Below are positions 27,866-41,813 of a DNA stretch of 64,000 bases, in pieces. Position 1 is the stretch's first letter, and each line of letters opens with the position of its first letter. Under the pieces are notes generated by a model that was given only the letters and a program-made list of their open reading frames with translations, searched no databases and was not told the origin of the DNA. Source of the DNA: Octopus vulgaris (Eukaryota). The translations under genes were made by a program, and so were the position numbers. Location of the stretch: assembly GCA_951406725.2 (NCBI GenBank), contig OX597822.1:66650001-66714000 (forward strand). The letters are read 5' to 3'.

Positions 27866-28865
27866 AACTTAAAATATATTTCACTCCAGTTTACCGTCGG
27901 GAAAATATTCGCACTTTTGATAAAAGATGGACAGACACTATAATCAATTGAAAGTACCATCTATCTTATCTTCAGTATCTGCTATATCCTTGTTTCGTCT
28001 CTAAGTAACACTGTTTGATTTCGGAGAAATCTTGGCAGTATCTCAAGCTTGTCGAGCTAATAAACGAAATCATCTGATTTGGGACGTTTTTTGCTCTTGT
28101 AGTTACAACTGTAAATGCTATTATTACTGTCGACTTTTTGTTGTAATTTTGGAAATATAGGCGTAGCTGTTACAGCCTATGTTATCATCGCTGCAGTTAA
28201 TCTTTTTCTCTAAGTTTTCACATTTCTCCGTCGATTTAGTCGTTGATGCTTGTTTTAATTTTTCTAGTTGCCATTGCTAAATGTTATTTTACCAGCTTGG
28301 CATTATTGAATAAGAACTTTGATCAAGGGCTTTCAAACATTACAAAATCCTAAATATATTTTCCTGCTATCATATTCTTGTAACTACGAGCCAGTAAAAT
28401 GCATCCTTATACTTTTGAACGATTATTTTGAACGGGTATTCGGTTATCTCTATTACCAACTCATCCACTTATCGCTGATATCTCATAACGCTGAATATTC
28501 CATAGATACGTATACCGTTTAGATAGTTCTCATGTATAATCAACATAAAGCAGTGCGTGACGTGATCTTTTAATTACCGCTACACTCTACTCAATCGGCT
28601 TCCGCTCAATTTACGCCGACCGGTTTTCCATCACTAGGCATGCGTTAACGCAAGGCAAGGATCAGAATCAATTATCATTGATGCTATGCAAACGTAACAC
28701 GCCCAGATCGTGTCAATTGCGAACTTCATAATTCAGCCATGTTGTGTACACGTCTAAGACCCTTCTTTGGTTTAAAAACTTACGATGCATTTTAAGACGC
28801 ATTTGGCTATTATTGCTAGAAGGATGAACGGCTGCTTAGAGTTTCCTGTCCCGATACAGTTGCAC

Positions 28866-29050
28866 TTACAGTTCTATATTTGAGAGATGAGGAATTACGT
28901 ACATTGTTCAAAATATTTACATGCGATAGATATTTGACCTCATCCAGTTTGCTGTTAGCAGAACGTTTCTGCTGCTATACACTCCAGCTTTCTTCAGCTG
29001 TCCTGGGGAAATTTCGAACCTGGGTTCTCATTCTTAAGGTATTTTTCCGA
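28866..29050 (-). mobile_element. Short hammerhead-containing repeat (solo pLTR/retrozyme-like), copy 1
   Basis: Inverted homolog of 29965-30105; 28959-29000 reads CAG-CUGAAGA-aaGCUG..CAGCa-GAAA-CG-UU-CUG. Confidence 0.75.
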
Positions 29051-29087
<37 letters not shown>

Positions 29088-29174
29088 TATGTCACTGCCT
29101 GGAATCTTAAACACTCTTAACCACTACGCCATATGCCCATAATAATAATAACAATAATAATAATAATAATGAAT

Positions 29175-29732
29175 ACCCTGATACAGTACCAGGTAGTGGC
29201 TCTCGTGACTTCTGATCTTAACTGATTGGAAGTGTTATCATGTACATTGTTTTCTCTTGGTACAAAAGATGGGCTACAGCAAATATTCTGCTCAGTACCA
29301 CATATTTCCTTGTCAGTTAATTGACCTCAACCATTTGAGCATGTCTCTTAGTGACTGACGATATGTGCATCTCTGATCACGAGCAGAAGTAGTGGGGGAG
29401 GGCATCATAGCCAAGTGTTGAAAGGGATTCTTTGGGGTTTGAATAATCCACCTCTGGAAATATGAGTGTTTCGTTCAACATCTTTAAACAACCCTTATTC
29501 AGGGACCTTTTGAGCAGGATAGGTTACTCGTCCAGATGTGAATTCTAACTGGCTCCCACCTGCAAGGTCATGTGCAGTTTACCTTTATATAAGATCACCA
29601 TGTCACGCACATATGATTGGGATGCATATACCTAATGTACCCTTATCAGACGGGTAGAGATGATGGATATACTGGGCTTCGTATATTTTACCCCAGTGTT
29701 ACTTTGATGGCATGCACTGCTCTCTCTCTCTT
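29175..29732 (+). mobile_element. Unclassified 560-bp interspersed repeat inserted in (AAT)n (partial copy at 47700-47868)
   Basis: Shared TTGG..GTGTTAT.ATGTAC.TTGTTTTCTCTTGGTA.AAAAGA.GGGCTACAGCAAATATTCTGCTCA block; (AAT)n on both sides. Confidence 0.7.
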
Positions 29733-29958
<226 letters not shown>

Positions 29959-29964
29959 GCATCA

Positions 29965-30105
29965 TCGAAAATACCTCAGAAATGAGAACCCAGGTTCGAA
30001 TTTTCCCCAGTACACATGCAGAAGGCTGGAGGATATATAAGCCGAAACGTTGTGCTAACAACAAAGAAGCTGAGGACAAATATCCGTCAAATGTAAATAA
30101 TGTAC
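29965..30105 (+). mobile_element. Short hammerhead-containing repeat, copy 2 (core degenerate)
   Basis: 30013-30054 reads CAC-AUGCAGA-aGGCU..AGCC-GAAA-CG-UU-GUG. Confidence 0.7.
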
Positions 30106-30169
30106 CGTTGCACTCGTTCCGGATTCTTAGTTGCTTGGCTGCTATCATTCTTATTATTGTTTTTGCTAA

Positions 30170-30785
30170 TAAGGCGGAAAGGTTGCAGGATCGTTAGCAT
30201 GACGGCAAAAATGCTTGGCGGCTTTTCGTCCGTCTTTACGGTCTGAGTTCAAATACCGCCGAGGTTGAATTTCCCTTTGATCATTCGAGGTCGATAAAAT
30301 AAGTACCATTTAAGTACTAGGGTTTATGTAATCGACTTAACCCCATCCCCTAAATTCCAGGCCTTGTTTCTATAGCACAAATGATTATTGTTTGTGTCCG
30401 TGTTATTGTTGAAGTTCTATATATTTTAACTGTTTTGTTCTTATTACAATGGTGGCAATTTGTGTTTGCAGCTGTTGTTAGGGGCAATATATGCGTTCAC
30501 CTGTTAATGTCACTATAATTGTAGCTGTACACATCGTCACTATTCTTATAGTGATTGTATACAAATACTGCTAGGCGCAGAGCTGACAGGATTATTAGCA
30601 ACGCCGAGTAATGTGCTTAGAAACATTTCATCCTTGTAAGTAAACGTTCTTTAAATGCCTCCGGAGTCGACTTTATCTTTGTATTCTTTAAAGGTCGATA
30701 AAATATGTACTATTTGAGCACTGAGGTCGATGTAATCGACTTAGCCCTCACCAGAAATCGCTGGACTTGTCACAAAATTTGAATG
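30170..30785 (+). mobile_element. Two diverged SINE family 1 copies (30170-30385, 30572-30785)
   Basis: Family 1 head and GTCGATAAAAT..GTAC body motifs in each. Confidence 0.8.
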
Positions 30786-30852
30786 TAATATATACACACA
30801 TACGGTTGTTGTTGCCGTTATATTGGTTTAAGAGTTTTTTTTCTCCTCCAAG

Positions 30853-30894
<42 letters not shown>

Positions 30895-30897
<3 letters not shown>

Positions 30898-31057
30898 GAT
30901 GGGATTCTTTCAGTCTCCGTCTACCAAATCCACTTGTAAGGCTTTCGTTGGCCCGAGGCTATAGTAGAGGAAAATTTCCCAACGTGCCACGCAGTGCCAC
31001 TGACTCCGGATCTATGTGGTTGAGAAGCAAGCTTCTTACCTCACAGCCACGCAGGCA
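30895..31057 (-). mobile_element. SINE family 2, 5-prime part
   Basis: Reverse complement of GCGTGGCTGTG..GTAAGAAGCTTGCTT...GGATTTGGTAGACGG. Confidence 0.85.
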
Positions 31058-34000
31058 CAGTATGACTGAATGATTCCGAAACAAATTGTAGTTTCGATCC
31101 TACTGCGTGGCAACTTGAACAAATATTATTTCCTATTGCTTCTGGTGCACCCATAAATCTTTAGTGAAGTTGGGTTCACAGAAGGTGTATGGAAGCATGC
31201 ATCTTGCCTTGATTGTACCCGTAATTCTAAACGGTTCAGCTTATTTCTTATACTGTGTTATGCTCATTCTACCTCAGAATTACGTTATGGTTGTATGTCT
31301 CTGTAGAAAGTTCAGCCTCTTCCATGTAAATTCAGATAGATGTAATGTAAACGATTTAACAATTTAATCCTCATAGGCCAACGACGGAGATCCCCCACCA
31401 CTACAATGCATGCTTTTTTGTTCATTTTACTGTTGTTGTTGGTGGTGGTAATAATAATGGTGTCAGCACAGTGGGTTATGTTGTTCATGTAGAATATTTC
31501 ACTGCAGTTATTTATGCTGTTCTTGTTATTGTCGTCGTATACATTTTCTAACGCTGTTGTTGTTGCTACTGCTGACATCGTCGTTGTAGTTGTTGCTGAC
31601 GATGCCGTCATCGTTAATATAACGGTATTATTTTCCAATCTAATTGCAAAGCAAATATTTTGTTATCAATCATTATCACAGCGTGTAACGAATATTACCA
31701 CCTTATTAATACCGTAGTTTCAATTGCATTTCGTTTCAACCAAATATCTCGCTTACACAATATCATATCTCCATCTATTTTTTTTTTCTCCGAATTTTCA
31801 CCATTTTATCGATTTACCACTATTAGAATGATTTATATTTTTGTTGCTGTTATTGTTCGTGTTTTTCTCGTCTTTATTCATGCAAATGAACTATATTTTG
31901 TTATATGTAATATTTTATTATATATGATATTTTTCTACGATTTACTTTTTGGAGGGGAATTGTGGAAGGATCTTCTTATAAACTCGATGTTACTCGTTTG
32001 AATTTTAATAACCAATGGCCTACGTTCAATATCGATACAACATTCTTTTCTCATAAAATTATCAATGTAATTTAAAAAAAAAAGAAACACATAAAGCCAA
32101 ATGAAAATTGGAAAATAAATTATAATTGCCTGAAATGAAACACAAATTAAATGAGAATAAACCAATAAAGAGGGAGAAGCCAGCCAGAAATGTGCAAGAG
32201 AATTTTTTATTTTTTCTGAATTATCTCCTAATCCATCAATAATTCATATACGCCTTCACTAATAATGGATCATGCAGTAATGATATAATTTTAATCTCTC
32301 TGCAATTCATTCACTGAGATTTGATCTCACCTTTACATTATCCTGACCCAAACATGCATCGCATCTAGATAGCTATTGGCAATTTAAAAGCTACATCCAG
32401 AAAACTCAATCACTTCAATTTCACCTGTGATAAATGCCATTTATAATCACGCATTAACTCAGGTGAAGGAAAGATATTTCCTTATCTGAAAATTTTGCAT
32501 TAAAAAAAAGGCATTTAATGTAATTTTAAATCTAAACTTTCATTAACACATTTTTAACCAGTTCTTTGATTGAGACAAAATTTATTTTTTCTTCGTCTTC
32601 ATTTTTTCTTTCACATATTTATTTTATTACTTTCATTCTGTTGCTTCGATTAATTATAGTCCCGTTCAACACAGGTCTTTTACCTAGCCGAGAAAAATCA
32701 ATATAATTTGCCTTTTGACGACAAATTATTTGGATTTTAAGATTTAATAAAATATGTATTTTCTAACGATTCGAAAATTTAAAGACCTAGATTTATTAAA
32801 AATTTACAACCATTATTATCTCAATTTCGAATTATGTGTAATAAATAACTAATGTAAATATCAAAGATTGGTTGTACGGAAAAGATTACTGATATTGTAT
32901 GTTATGTTAAAGTATGATATTTAAATTAAATTCTGTTGAAATATAAACACGTTTCTTTAGTATAGAATCGTATAAATCGTATAAATCGTAAAAACTATAT
33001 TGTTGATTATTGTTTTTAATATTCAAAATCGTTTGCGAATTTCGCGGTGTGAAAATTTGGAGGAAACCAGTTCAAAGGAGTAGTGATTAACTAATATGGA
33101 AACTATATCAATGGATTATACCCTCTCATCGCTTTAGTATAAGTAAATAGTCGAATACTCAATAACTACGTGATTCTACTTTTCATAGATATTAGAGGGT
33201 GGTATACACAACAGTGTATAACAAATGCTTTCTTATGAGATATTATATTAATCTTATAATCATATATTATACGGGAGCATTCTGCTGAAGAAGAAATTGC
33301 TTCGGAAGAAAAAGACGATACCGGTCGATTTAAGTACCAGCCAGTTACAAATGTCAATATATTTGACTACATAATGTATATTTCTATAAATATAACCTTG
33401 TCTCATTGAAAATAATCAATATTCGACGTTCGATTTTTACATAGGACTCAAAAGCCATAGGTGAGTCTGATGCAAATTGAAGGACACTGTTTAATCTCTT
33501 AACAATGTAGCTGAAAGACAGAAATTCATGAATATTAAGTAAATCATTACTTTTCTCTCGCAAAATAGAAGAGGTTGTGTTTGTTCAAATATAAGTCATT
33601 ACTGGATGTTGTATAGTATTAATTCATCCATGAGATATTGCTGATTTATTTGGATAATAACTGATATGCTTCAGGGAAATAGCATACTTATTACACGATT
33701 ATCTGTGGAATTCATTGATTTTCTCTAACATTTATGAAATATACTACAGAAAAAACCTGTTCTCATGTCAAAGATGATTCTCATCGTATGGTCAGTGACA
33801 GTAGATTTGTTTCAATAGAAATATAATTTAGGCTAATAAACTCTTCTAAAATGAATATTATTTCGTGGCAAAATTTGCGCTATCTCTTCTAATTATAGCA
33901 AGCAGGACAGGACATTGATATATGCCATTCGAGTGCTGATTAAAAAAAAAGAGTAACAAACATTTGACATTAATACATATTTTGTGATTTATCTGAAAGA

Positions 34001-34805
34001 AAATACATGGAAAAATTTAGAAAGTATAGGTTAATAGGAAGGCATATATTCCCACTTGATTACGATATAGATTTTTAAAAATAAGGAATAGGTTAGAATT
34101 ACTATTAGTGAGCAATGTCCAAGGCAAAGACAACCCCTACCGACCAATCCAACTTCCTAGAAATAGCTAAGCTTTTGCGACTGCTGTAAAGTGAAGCATC
34201 ACATTTAAACTAATGATTATCTAGTTAGTTCCCTATGAGAAACAGTAATCGTTCCTTGAGCATAGCAAGCGTAATGACATCCACTTAACTATGTCTATTC
34301 CTGAAATTTTATTGAACTTCCCCTCAACAGGAAAACCAAGAAATTTCCTGGAAAGTTAATGCCATTCTCGACATGTTCTAAACACTTCAATTTAATATTC
34401 AATAATTCATGTCTCCTCAATATATAACGTAATTAATTCTTGCCAATTGAGCTGTATAACGCCAACATTTATGCCAAGTTATACACGTGATGGCCTAAAA
34501 TTCAAGGAATATATTTTTTTCTGTAGATGTTATGGCTCTGCTATATATACGGATATAAAATAGAGATATCCCATACACAGTAAGTCTCACATAAACCAAA
34601 CATTCAAAGCATGATTCTTTGTATCTGCGTGTGTCTAAAAGTGAGAAGAATGCTTTTCCCCATTTCTCTAATTCGTATGTGATTTCCTCATTCTCACTCT
34701 CTCTTTCTCTCTCTCTCATACTCTCTATCCATAGTTCAAGAATGTGTTACTATATTTCTATCCATATATGTATGTATCCATATATTTCTATCCATATATG
34801 TGTGT

Positions 34806-34829
34806 AGACAGACAGACAGACAGACAGAC

Positions 34830-34878
<49 letters not shown>

Positions 34879-34884
34879 TATAGG

Positions 34885-34982
<98 letters not shown>
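34806..34982. repeat. (GACA)n(GATA)n tetranucleotide microsatellite
   Basis: Direct inspection. Confidence 0.97.
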
Positions 34983-36045
34983 CACACACATACATATATT
35001 TGTCAACGCACACAGATATACAGACGCGCTCCCACGACTACACATGCGCAACATATCCTCACACATATATAAACAGGTGAACCAAAATAAGCAATAGTCA
35101 TGTATGTAACTACATGACTACAAATCAGTGATGGCCAAGTTACTGCAGTTTCTGTCCAAGAAAGAAGTTGCATGTCAGCGGTATATAGGTATCTCTCTGT
35201 ATACACACACACATACACACGCGCGTGCACACACACGCACACACACACTCACAAGCACACATACACAGGTACAAACACACATACATACATATGTATATAT
35301 ATATATCCTTACTTTCTTGCTTGTAAGTATATACGTATGTACGTATTTATGTTTGAATATTCATATATGTAATTATGTAAGTATAGATCGATAATGGAAG
35401 ACTATATGAATAGATGTAATTCGTAAAATAAACAAATTTCTGTGTGTGGATACGTTCCAGCATAAGCACATATGTAGAAATAATACAGGAATACGTTGCA
35501 AAACCTTAACAATTATTCAATAGATATCATTAGAAATACCTCATAAGAGTTTAATTGTATGGGCGTGCGAGACACTGGCAAAATAGGTTTGATTTGTTAA
35601 ATATCGATGATAAATATATTCCTTGGAATATGTAACGCATAAAAGAATACAATAGGAAATACAAAGAAATTGAGTAAAATCTAAAAAATTTTAAGCGTAA
35701 ACAAGTAATATCATTGCATTATTTATACAGAATATTTGAAAATGATTAAAAATATTCTGTGTCATTCTATAGTAGGTCGGGCGTTATGAGTATTATATAT
35801 TCGTAGTGGACTGATAGATTATTTGGAGCGTAGGACAGAATAGTTCGCAGTATATGTTCCGGATGTGTAGTTACCTTGTTCACATTTTACAAAGTTCTGC
35901 TTAGATATTCATTACTTCGGATGAGATGAAATAAGTACTAGCGAAACACTGGGACCGATGTAATCGACGAAAGATTTTTACCAAACATTAAATCTAGTGA
36001 CTATGTAAGAGGAGACTTGCTACCTGAATAGGAAATCAGTGTCAA

Positions 36046-36128
36046 CTGAGAAAGAAAGCAAACGATGCTGGTTCATAGATATAGCATGCCCAGCAGACAA
36101 CAAGGTATGCGATAAGGAAGAAAGAAAA
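36046..36128 (+). pseudogene. Small R4/Dong-like restriction-like endonuclease fragment
   Basis: KESKRCWFIDIACPADNKVCDKEERK parallels LIDVSIPADDNVSLKEMRK in the 52 kb element. Confidence 0.6.
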
Positions 36129-36240
36129 CGATATAAAAATGCAGAAGTAATGATGCATAAATAATATATGTTGAAATTTTTTATAAGAACACAAATAAAT
36201 TATTAAGTAGTAAAGCTCAAAAACAAATGGCAGATGGAAA

Positions 36241-36322
36241 AAAAACCTACATATATGTTTCAGTTTAGGCTAAGAATTAATATCCTTTTCAACTATTGGG
36301 GCAGAACCTCGTCAGGGTTTTT
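36241..36322 (-). ncRNA. Type I hammerhead ribozyme with canonical core
   Basis: AAAAACC-CUGACGA-GGUU(39-nt loop)AACU-GAAA-CAUAUAUG-UA-GGUUUUU: 7-bp stem I, 4-bp stem II (G-U closing), palindromic ACAUAUAUGU stem III, GUA triplet. Confidence 0.85.
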
Positions 36323-37489
36323 GTGAGCTTATAGAAGAAATGTTATCATATTTCTTGAAAGGATCCATACAGAGTAGTCAAATATTTTGCATGCATATTT
36401 TCAAGAAATATATTAAAACATGTTGAAATTTCAAATATATTAATCATACATATATATATGGAAATTTGCTGAGCAAGCTAAACAGACACTTTGCGGGAGG
36501 GCCAATCTTAATAGATATAGCAAACAGCTTACATCTTCACAAAGGCTGTATTGTGCACTATATCTGGACAAAAAGATGGCGCGGTGAAGGGTGTAAAACT
36601 TTTTGCAGTAAGGATGCTCTATCTGCCTTAGCTGGAAACAAAGAACAACAAAAAGAACAGTTACATATGATAACGTAAAATATGTGATGTTCTGTCACAT
36701 GCGCAGAGGTTATTGCTAATAGAAACTAAGAACTAAAGAACTGAAAATCTGAAATGTTACATTTATATAATTTTCTGGTTCAAACCGCGTCGCTATTCTG
36801 TGAATTTGAAATCACTTGGCTCTGCATATAATTTGCTTCTGCACTCAAACATACGCATAATGATTATTAAGGAACATCCATTTATCTGTTTGTATATGTA
36901 TGTAGATATGCATTCATGTATTGTGTATGATTTTCTGCGAATTTGTGGCGTTCATTCATTTTTAAAATAACTAAGTAGCATTAATGAAGTGAGGTTTAAC
37001 TAAATATTATGGACAGCTAGATATCTCTCTGCACAAGGACCTACCACGCTAATTTACATTGTTCACTGTCTAAGAGAAATAATATATTTGATTACACTGA
37101 GGCATTATCAGAAATAGCAATGCATAACCTACACATAAATTGATGTACTAAGTGGAAACACGGAAGACTAAGCAAGAGGCCATGGTTGACGATGCATAAT
37201 ACATAGATGGCGCCATAAAGAGCAGGCAGGTGATTATTACACCTTCCATGAAGAGCAAGTATTGGCTCCGAATGAGAATAACAGCTATCTCTGAACCACA
37301 TATCTCTTTATCTCACAATGCATTACTGTGATACCAAGCAGAAAAGATTGAATTTATTTTTAGCACTACCCATTAAGCACAATGCTACCCGCTTATTCCA
37401 TTTCTTAGACATCATTGTAAGTATCTATCTCCGTATTTACCACTCTCCATGTCTTTCTCTTTCTCTCCCTGTCTCTCTCTCTCCCTCTG

Positions 37490-37519
37490 TACACACATAT
37501 ATATATACACATACGTATA

Positions 37520-37558
<39 letters not shown>

Positions 37559-37616
37559 GCTTATATATTTATATGTATATACGTATGTATGTGTGTGAAT
37601 ATATATATATACACAC

Positions 37617-37657
<41 letters not shown>

Positions 37658-37860
37658 AATATATATACATATATAAGCATAAATATATTTATATGTTAGC
37701 ACTTGCATGCTTACATACATTTATACATTCATACATACATATATATATATATATATATACATATACAAACATAAATATATTTATACGTATGTGCTTGCAT
37801 ACTTACAAACATACTTACATACATAAATATAAAAATACATACATACATACATACATATAC
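37490..37860. repeat. Degenerate (AT)/(ACAT) microsatellite
   Basis: Direct inspection. Confidence 0.9.
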
Positions 37861-38952
37861 AGAGATAAATGCATGTTTCTTAATATTCAATATGTATATG
37901 TTTGAGTGCAGAGGCAAACTATATACAGTGCCAAGTTATTTCATCTTCACAGAATAGCAATGCAGTTTGAACCAGAAAATTGCATAAATATAACAATTCA
38001 GACCTTCAGATAATATCAAAATAGAAAAGTAATTACCACCATACCCATCTAATTATCAATCATTCTCTCTGTCTCACTTTTATTACTCTGCAAATACGAT
38101 TAGACACAAGCGCATAAATACACACATAGGTACACAAACAGACATTCTGGCACACAGATGTATCGATAGATAATAAGATATAAGATGCTTACGTACTTAC
38201 GTACGTACGCACTTTCATTCATACGTACGTACATACATACGTATAGACGTATATGCATGTATGTGTGTTTGTGCGTGGCTCTGATTTGTATGTTTACATC
38301 ATTGTATAGTGTTGCTTTTGTGTTAAGTTTTTGCTCAGATCTCATCGTGCAGGCCTGAGATGAAAGACATTCCACCCGTGACTATCCACAATCATATTAT
38401 CTTGCTTATTATTATGGTTGATTTGAGGGAGATTTTTGCACATATTTCTTACTAAGTCGGTTGACCAATCCTATGATTTCTTCTGAGTTGCAGATTCTAC
38501 GTGTTCGTATGCGTGCGCACATACGCGTGTGTATGTTTGGCGTGCACCGGCATGTATCTCCGAATTGGTCGTGGAATGAAAGTGAAATGTACATAATCCA
38601 TGAGAATGTCTAACATCACTCTATTCCTTTCTTCTTTCCCTTATTGTTCCACTTGAATGTCCGGAATATGAATTCTTTCATTCTTTTATTTGTTCCAAGT
38701 CATACTGTTACAGACATGCCGGAATACCACCGTGAATAACAAGCTAAGTTCCGGCGATGTATGTCTATAAACGCCAACATATGTATCTAATAATACGTTA
38801 ATAACAAATTAGTATGTACGCGAGACAATGCATATGTTGTTGTATGCACGATTTCATGTCTATGTGAGTATATTTGTGTGTGTGTGTGTAAGTGTATGTG
38901 TGTGTACATGTGCGTGTATGTATGTATGTATGTGTGTGTGTGGGTGGGGGTA

Positions 38953-39376
38953 TGTTTCTTATTTCGTTACTGCCCACAAGGGGCTACACACAGAGGAGAC
39001 GAACAAGGAGAGACAATCAGATTAAGTCGATGATATTGACCCCAGTGTGTAACTGGTACTTACTTAATCGATCCCGAAAGGATGAAAGGCAAAGTCGACC
39101 TCGGCGTAATATGAACTCAGAACGTAACGGCAGACGAAATACCTATTTCTTTACTATCCACAAGGGGCTAAACACGGAGGGGACAAACAAGGACAGACAA
39201 ACGGATGAAGTCAATTGCATCGACCCCAGTGCGTAACTGGTCCTTAATTTATCGACCCCGAAAGGATGAAAGGCAAAGTCGACCTCGGCGGAATTTGAAC
39301 TCAGAACGTAACGGCAGACGAAATACTGCTACGCATTTCGCCCGGCGTGCTAACGTGTCTGCCAGCTCGCCGCCTT
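38953..39376 (-). mobile_element. SINE family 1, head plus two body units
   Basis: Reverse complement of 173-590; junction GGCAGACGAAATACCTATTTC at about 39129-39150. Confidence 0.9.
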
Positions 39377-40193
39377 CAAAAAGGTGTCGATCGCGAGAAG
39401 AGACTGAATAGATCGCAGTGTGGTCGCTGCTCTGCTAAGCACGTCACTCCGAACACCAAGTCGAATGGTATGCAAGCGATCCTTTTCATCTCGATCGCTT
39501 CGAACAAGCTGCGCCGGGACGTCGACGACGACAACGACGACAGCCGGACCGCTGCCACCGATTTTCCCCCCAGTATGTTTCTATTTGTGTGTGCGGGGGC
39601 GCTTTTGTAGGACAAGGTATTACGTTTTTTTCTTCCTGATCACAATTCTTGGTTTTGATTGCAGGACCGATTGGAGCGCAGTGCTCTTGATCAATGCACA
39701 TCATTTCAACTTACTCTGCGGCCATCTCAACATTTCGTGTTAAGAACACCGTACACCTGTAGAAGTAATATCGATTCGATGGGGGAAATTAGCCCTATGC
39801 TCAACACATATAAATAAATCCTATTTGTTCAACAAGTAGTTGCAGAATCCTCATCTGACTTTTACGACAGTATAGTCCTATATGTTTTTGTGTGCATCAG
39901 ACGGGATTCTGCACAACTTCCGTCAAATAGATTCACAAATTAGCCCAGGATTAAAGCGGAAGTCATTTTGCCAGAGATTCCACAGCATGGGACAGACGCC
40001 GAAGGTGTTGCAAAATGAGTTTCTAGCCACACAGCCATGCCATACAAGTCGACATATTTAATCCAACATGCATGCATTTTCATTTACATACTGTTTATAT
40101 CTCCATGAATTTTATGAATTAGTTTGTGTGTGGACGTGCGTATGTGCTCGTTCGAACAATGCCGTGTGTGAACAATATTACGTTGGATTTTAA

Positions 40194-40410
40194 GTTAGCG
40201 AGCTGGCAGAAGCGTTAGCGAGCTGGCAGAAGCGTTAGCTCGCCGGGCAAAATGCTTAGCGGTGTTTAATTTGTCTTCACGTTTTGAGTTCATATGCCTT
40301 TCATAATTTTGAGATCGATAAAATAAGTACCAGTTGAGTATTGGGGTCGAATGAATTGGCTTACTCACTCCTCTAAAATTGGTGGCATTGTGCCAAAAAT
40401 TGAAACCAAT
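40194..40410 (+). mobile_element. SINE family 1 with duplicated 20-bp 5-prime end
   Basis: GTTAGCGAGCTGGCAGAAGC occurs twice in tandem. Confidence 0.8.
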
Positions 40411-40500
40411 ATGATGTTAGAATTTATTCAAATGCAGCATGGTAGCATAGTATTAATTGATAAATAAACAATAAACAATATAAAGAGCAGCCTTTATATT

Positions 40501-40872
40501 GTGGCTGTGGCAAGTAGCTTGCTTTCCAGTCACATAGTTCCAGGTTCAGTCTCACTGCGTGGCATCTGGGAAAGTGTCTTCTACTATAGCCTCGGGTCGA
40601 CCAAGTCCTTGTGAGTGGATTGGTAGACGGCAACTGAAAGAAGTCCGTCGTATATATATATATATATATATATATGATGTCCCCCCATCATCGCTTGACA
40701 CCGATGTTGGTGTGTTTACGTCCCCATAACGTAGCAGTTCGCCAAAACATAGCGATAGAATAGATACTAGGTTTACAAAGAATAAGTCCTGAGGTCGATC
40801 TGTTCGACTAAAGGTAGTGCTCCAGCATGGCTGCAGTGAAAGAACTGAAACACATAAAAGAGTAAAAGAGAG
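40501..40872 (+). mobile_element. SINE family 2, full bipartite copy with internal (TA)n
   Basis: Head, (TA)n at 40651-40675, 3-prime module and (TAAAAGAG)n tail. Confidence 0.9.
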
Positions 40873-41451
40873 TAAACCTCTAACGAGTATGAACATAGAC
40901 GCACAAATATGTAGTGTAGAGACTCAGTAAGAAGTAATCTGTAATATAGTAACACCGGAAGCTCGAAACTTACTATTGACCGCATGAGAAGACAGGGGAA
41001 TGGTGCCAATTTATAATTTAGATATATATATGCGTGAGAGATAAACCTCTTCAGAGCAACACAAAATATATGGCTGGGTAGTTGGAGATAATTGCTGAAG
41101 TTATTGTTTTCAGAGAAGATGATAATGAAATATTATTTAATAATACTGCGCAAGAATCAATATGACTTCAAGTCCGTTTCCACAGCGCGATAATTCATTC
41201 TTGAGTGTAATTCAGCAAATGAAAGTTACCCTGAAACTTATAGAAACTGGCAGTCCGTGATTGAAATGCTTAATCTGTTACCTGTTGTATGGCTAATCTG
41301 TGGTCCTTAAATACTTTTCAGCGAAAAGCAATTGTTGTAAGCATTCGGACTAGGTCACCAGTCTGAAGATAATTACAGTTATGCCAACCATCTGTATAAA
41401 TATAATACGCACATAATTACATATGCTTATATATATATATATATATATATA

Positions 41452-41628
41452 AGGAGCACTTCGTCGTTTACGACGACGAGGGTCCCAGCTGATACAGTCA
41501 ACAGAACAGACACTTGTACCCTTAACGTAGTTTGCAGGGAGATTCAGCGTGACACCGGAGCAACGCGTTGCCAGGAATCGAACTCACAACCTTACGATCA
41601 TGAGCCGAATGCCCTAACCACTAAACCA
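41452..41628 (-). mobile_element. Short (probably internally deleted) tRNA-derived SINE, family 5, between (AT)n tracts
   Basis: Minus strand TGGTTTAGTGGTTAGGGCATTCGG..GAGTTCGATTCC head. Confidence 0.75.
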
Positions 41629-41732
41629 CATATATATATGTGTGTGTGTATACATGTATATAATATATATGTATATATATATATATATACATGTATATAT
41701 TATATATGTATATATATATATATATATGTGTG

Positions 41733-41813
<81 letters not shown>

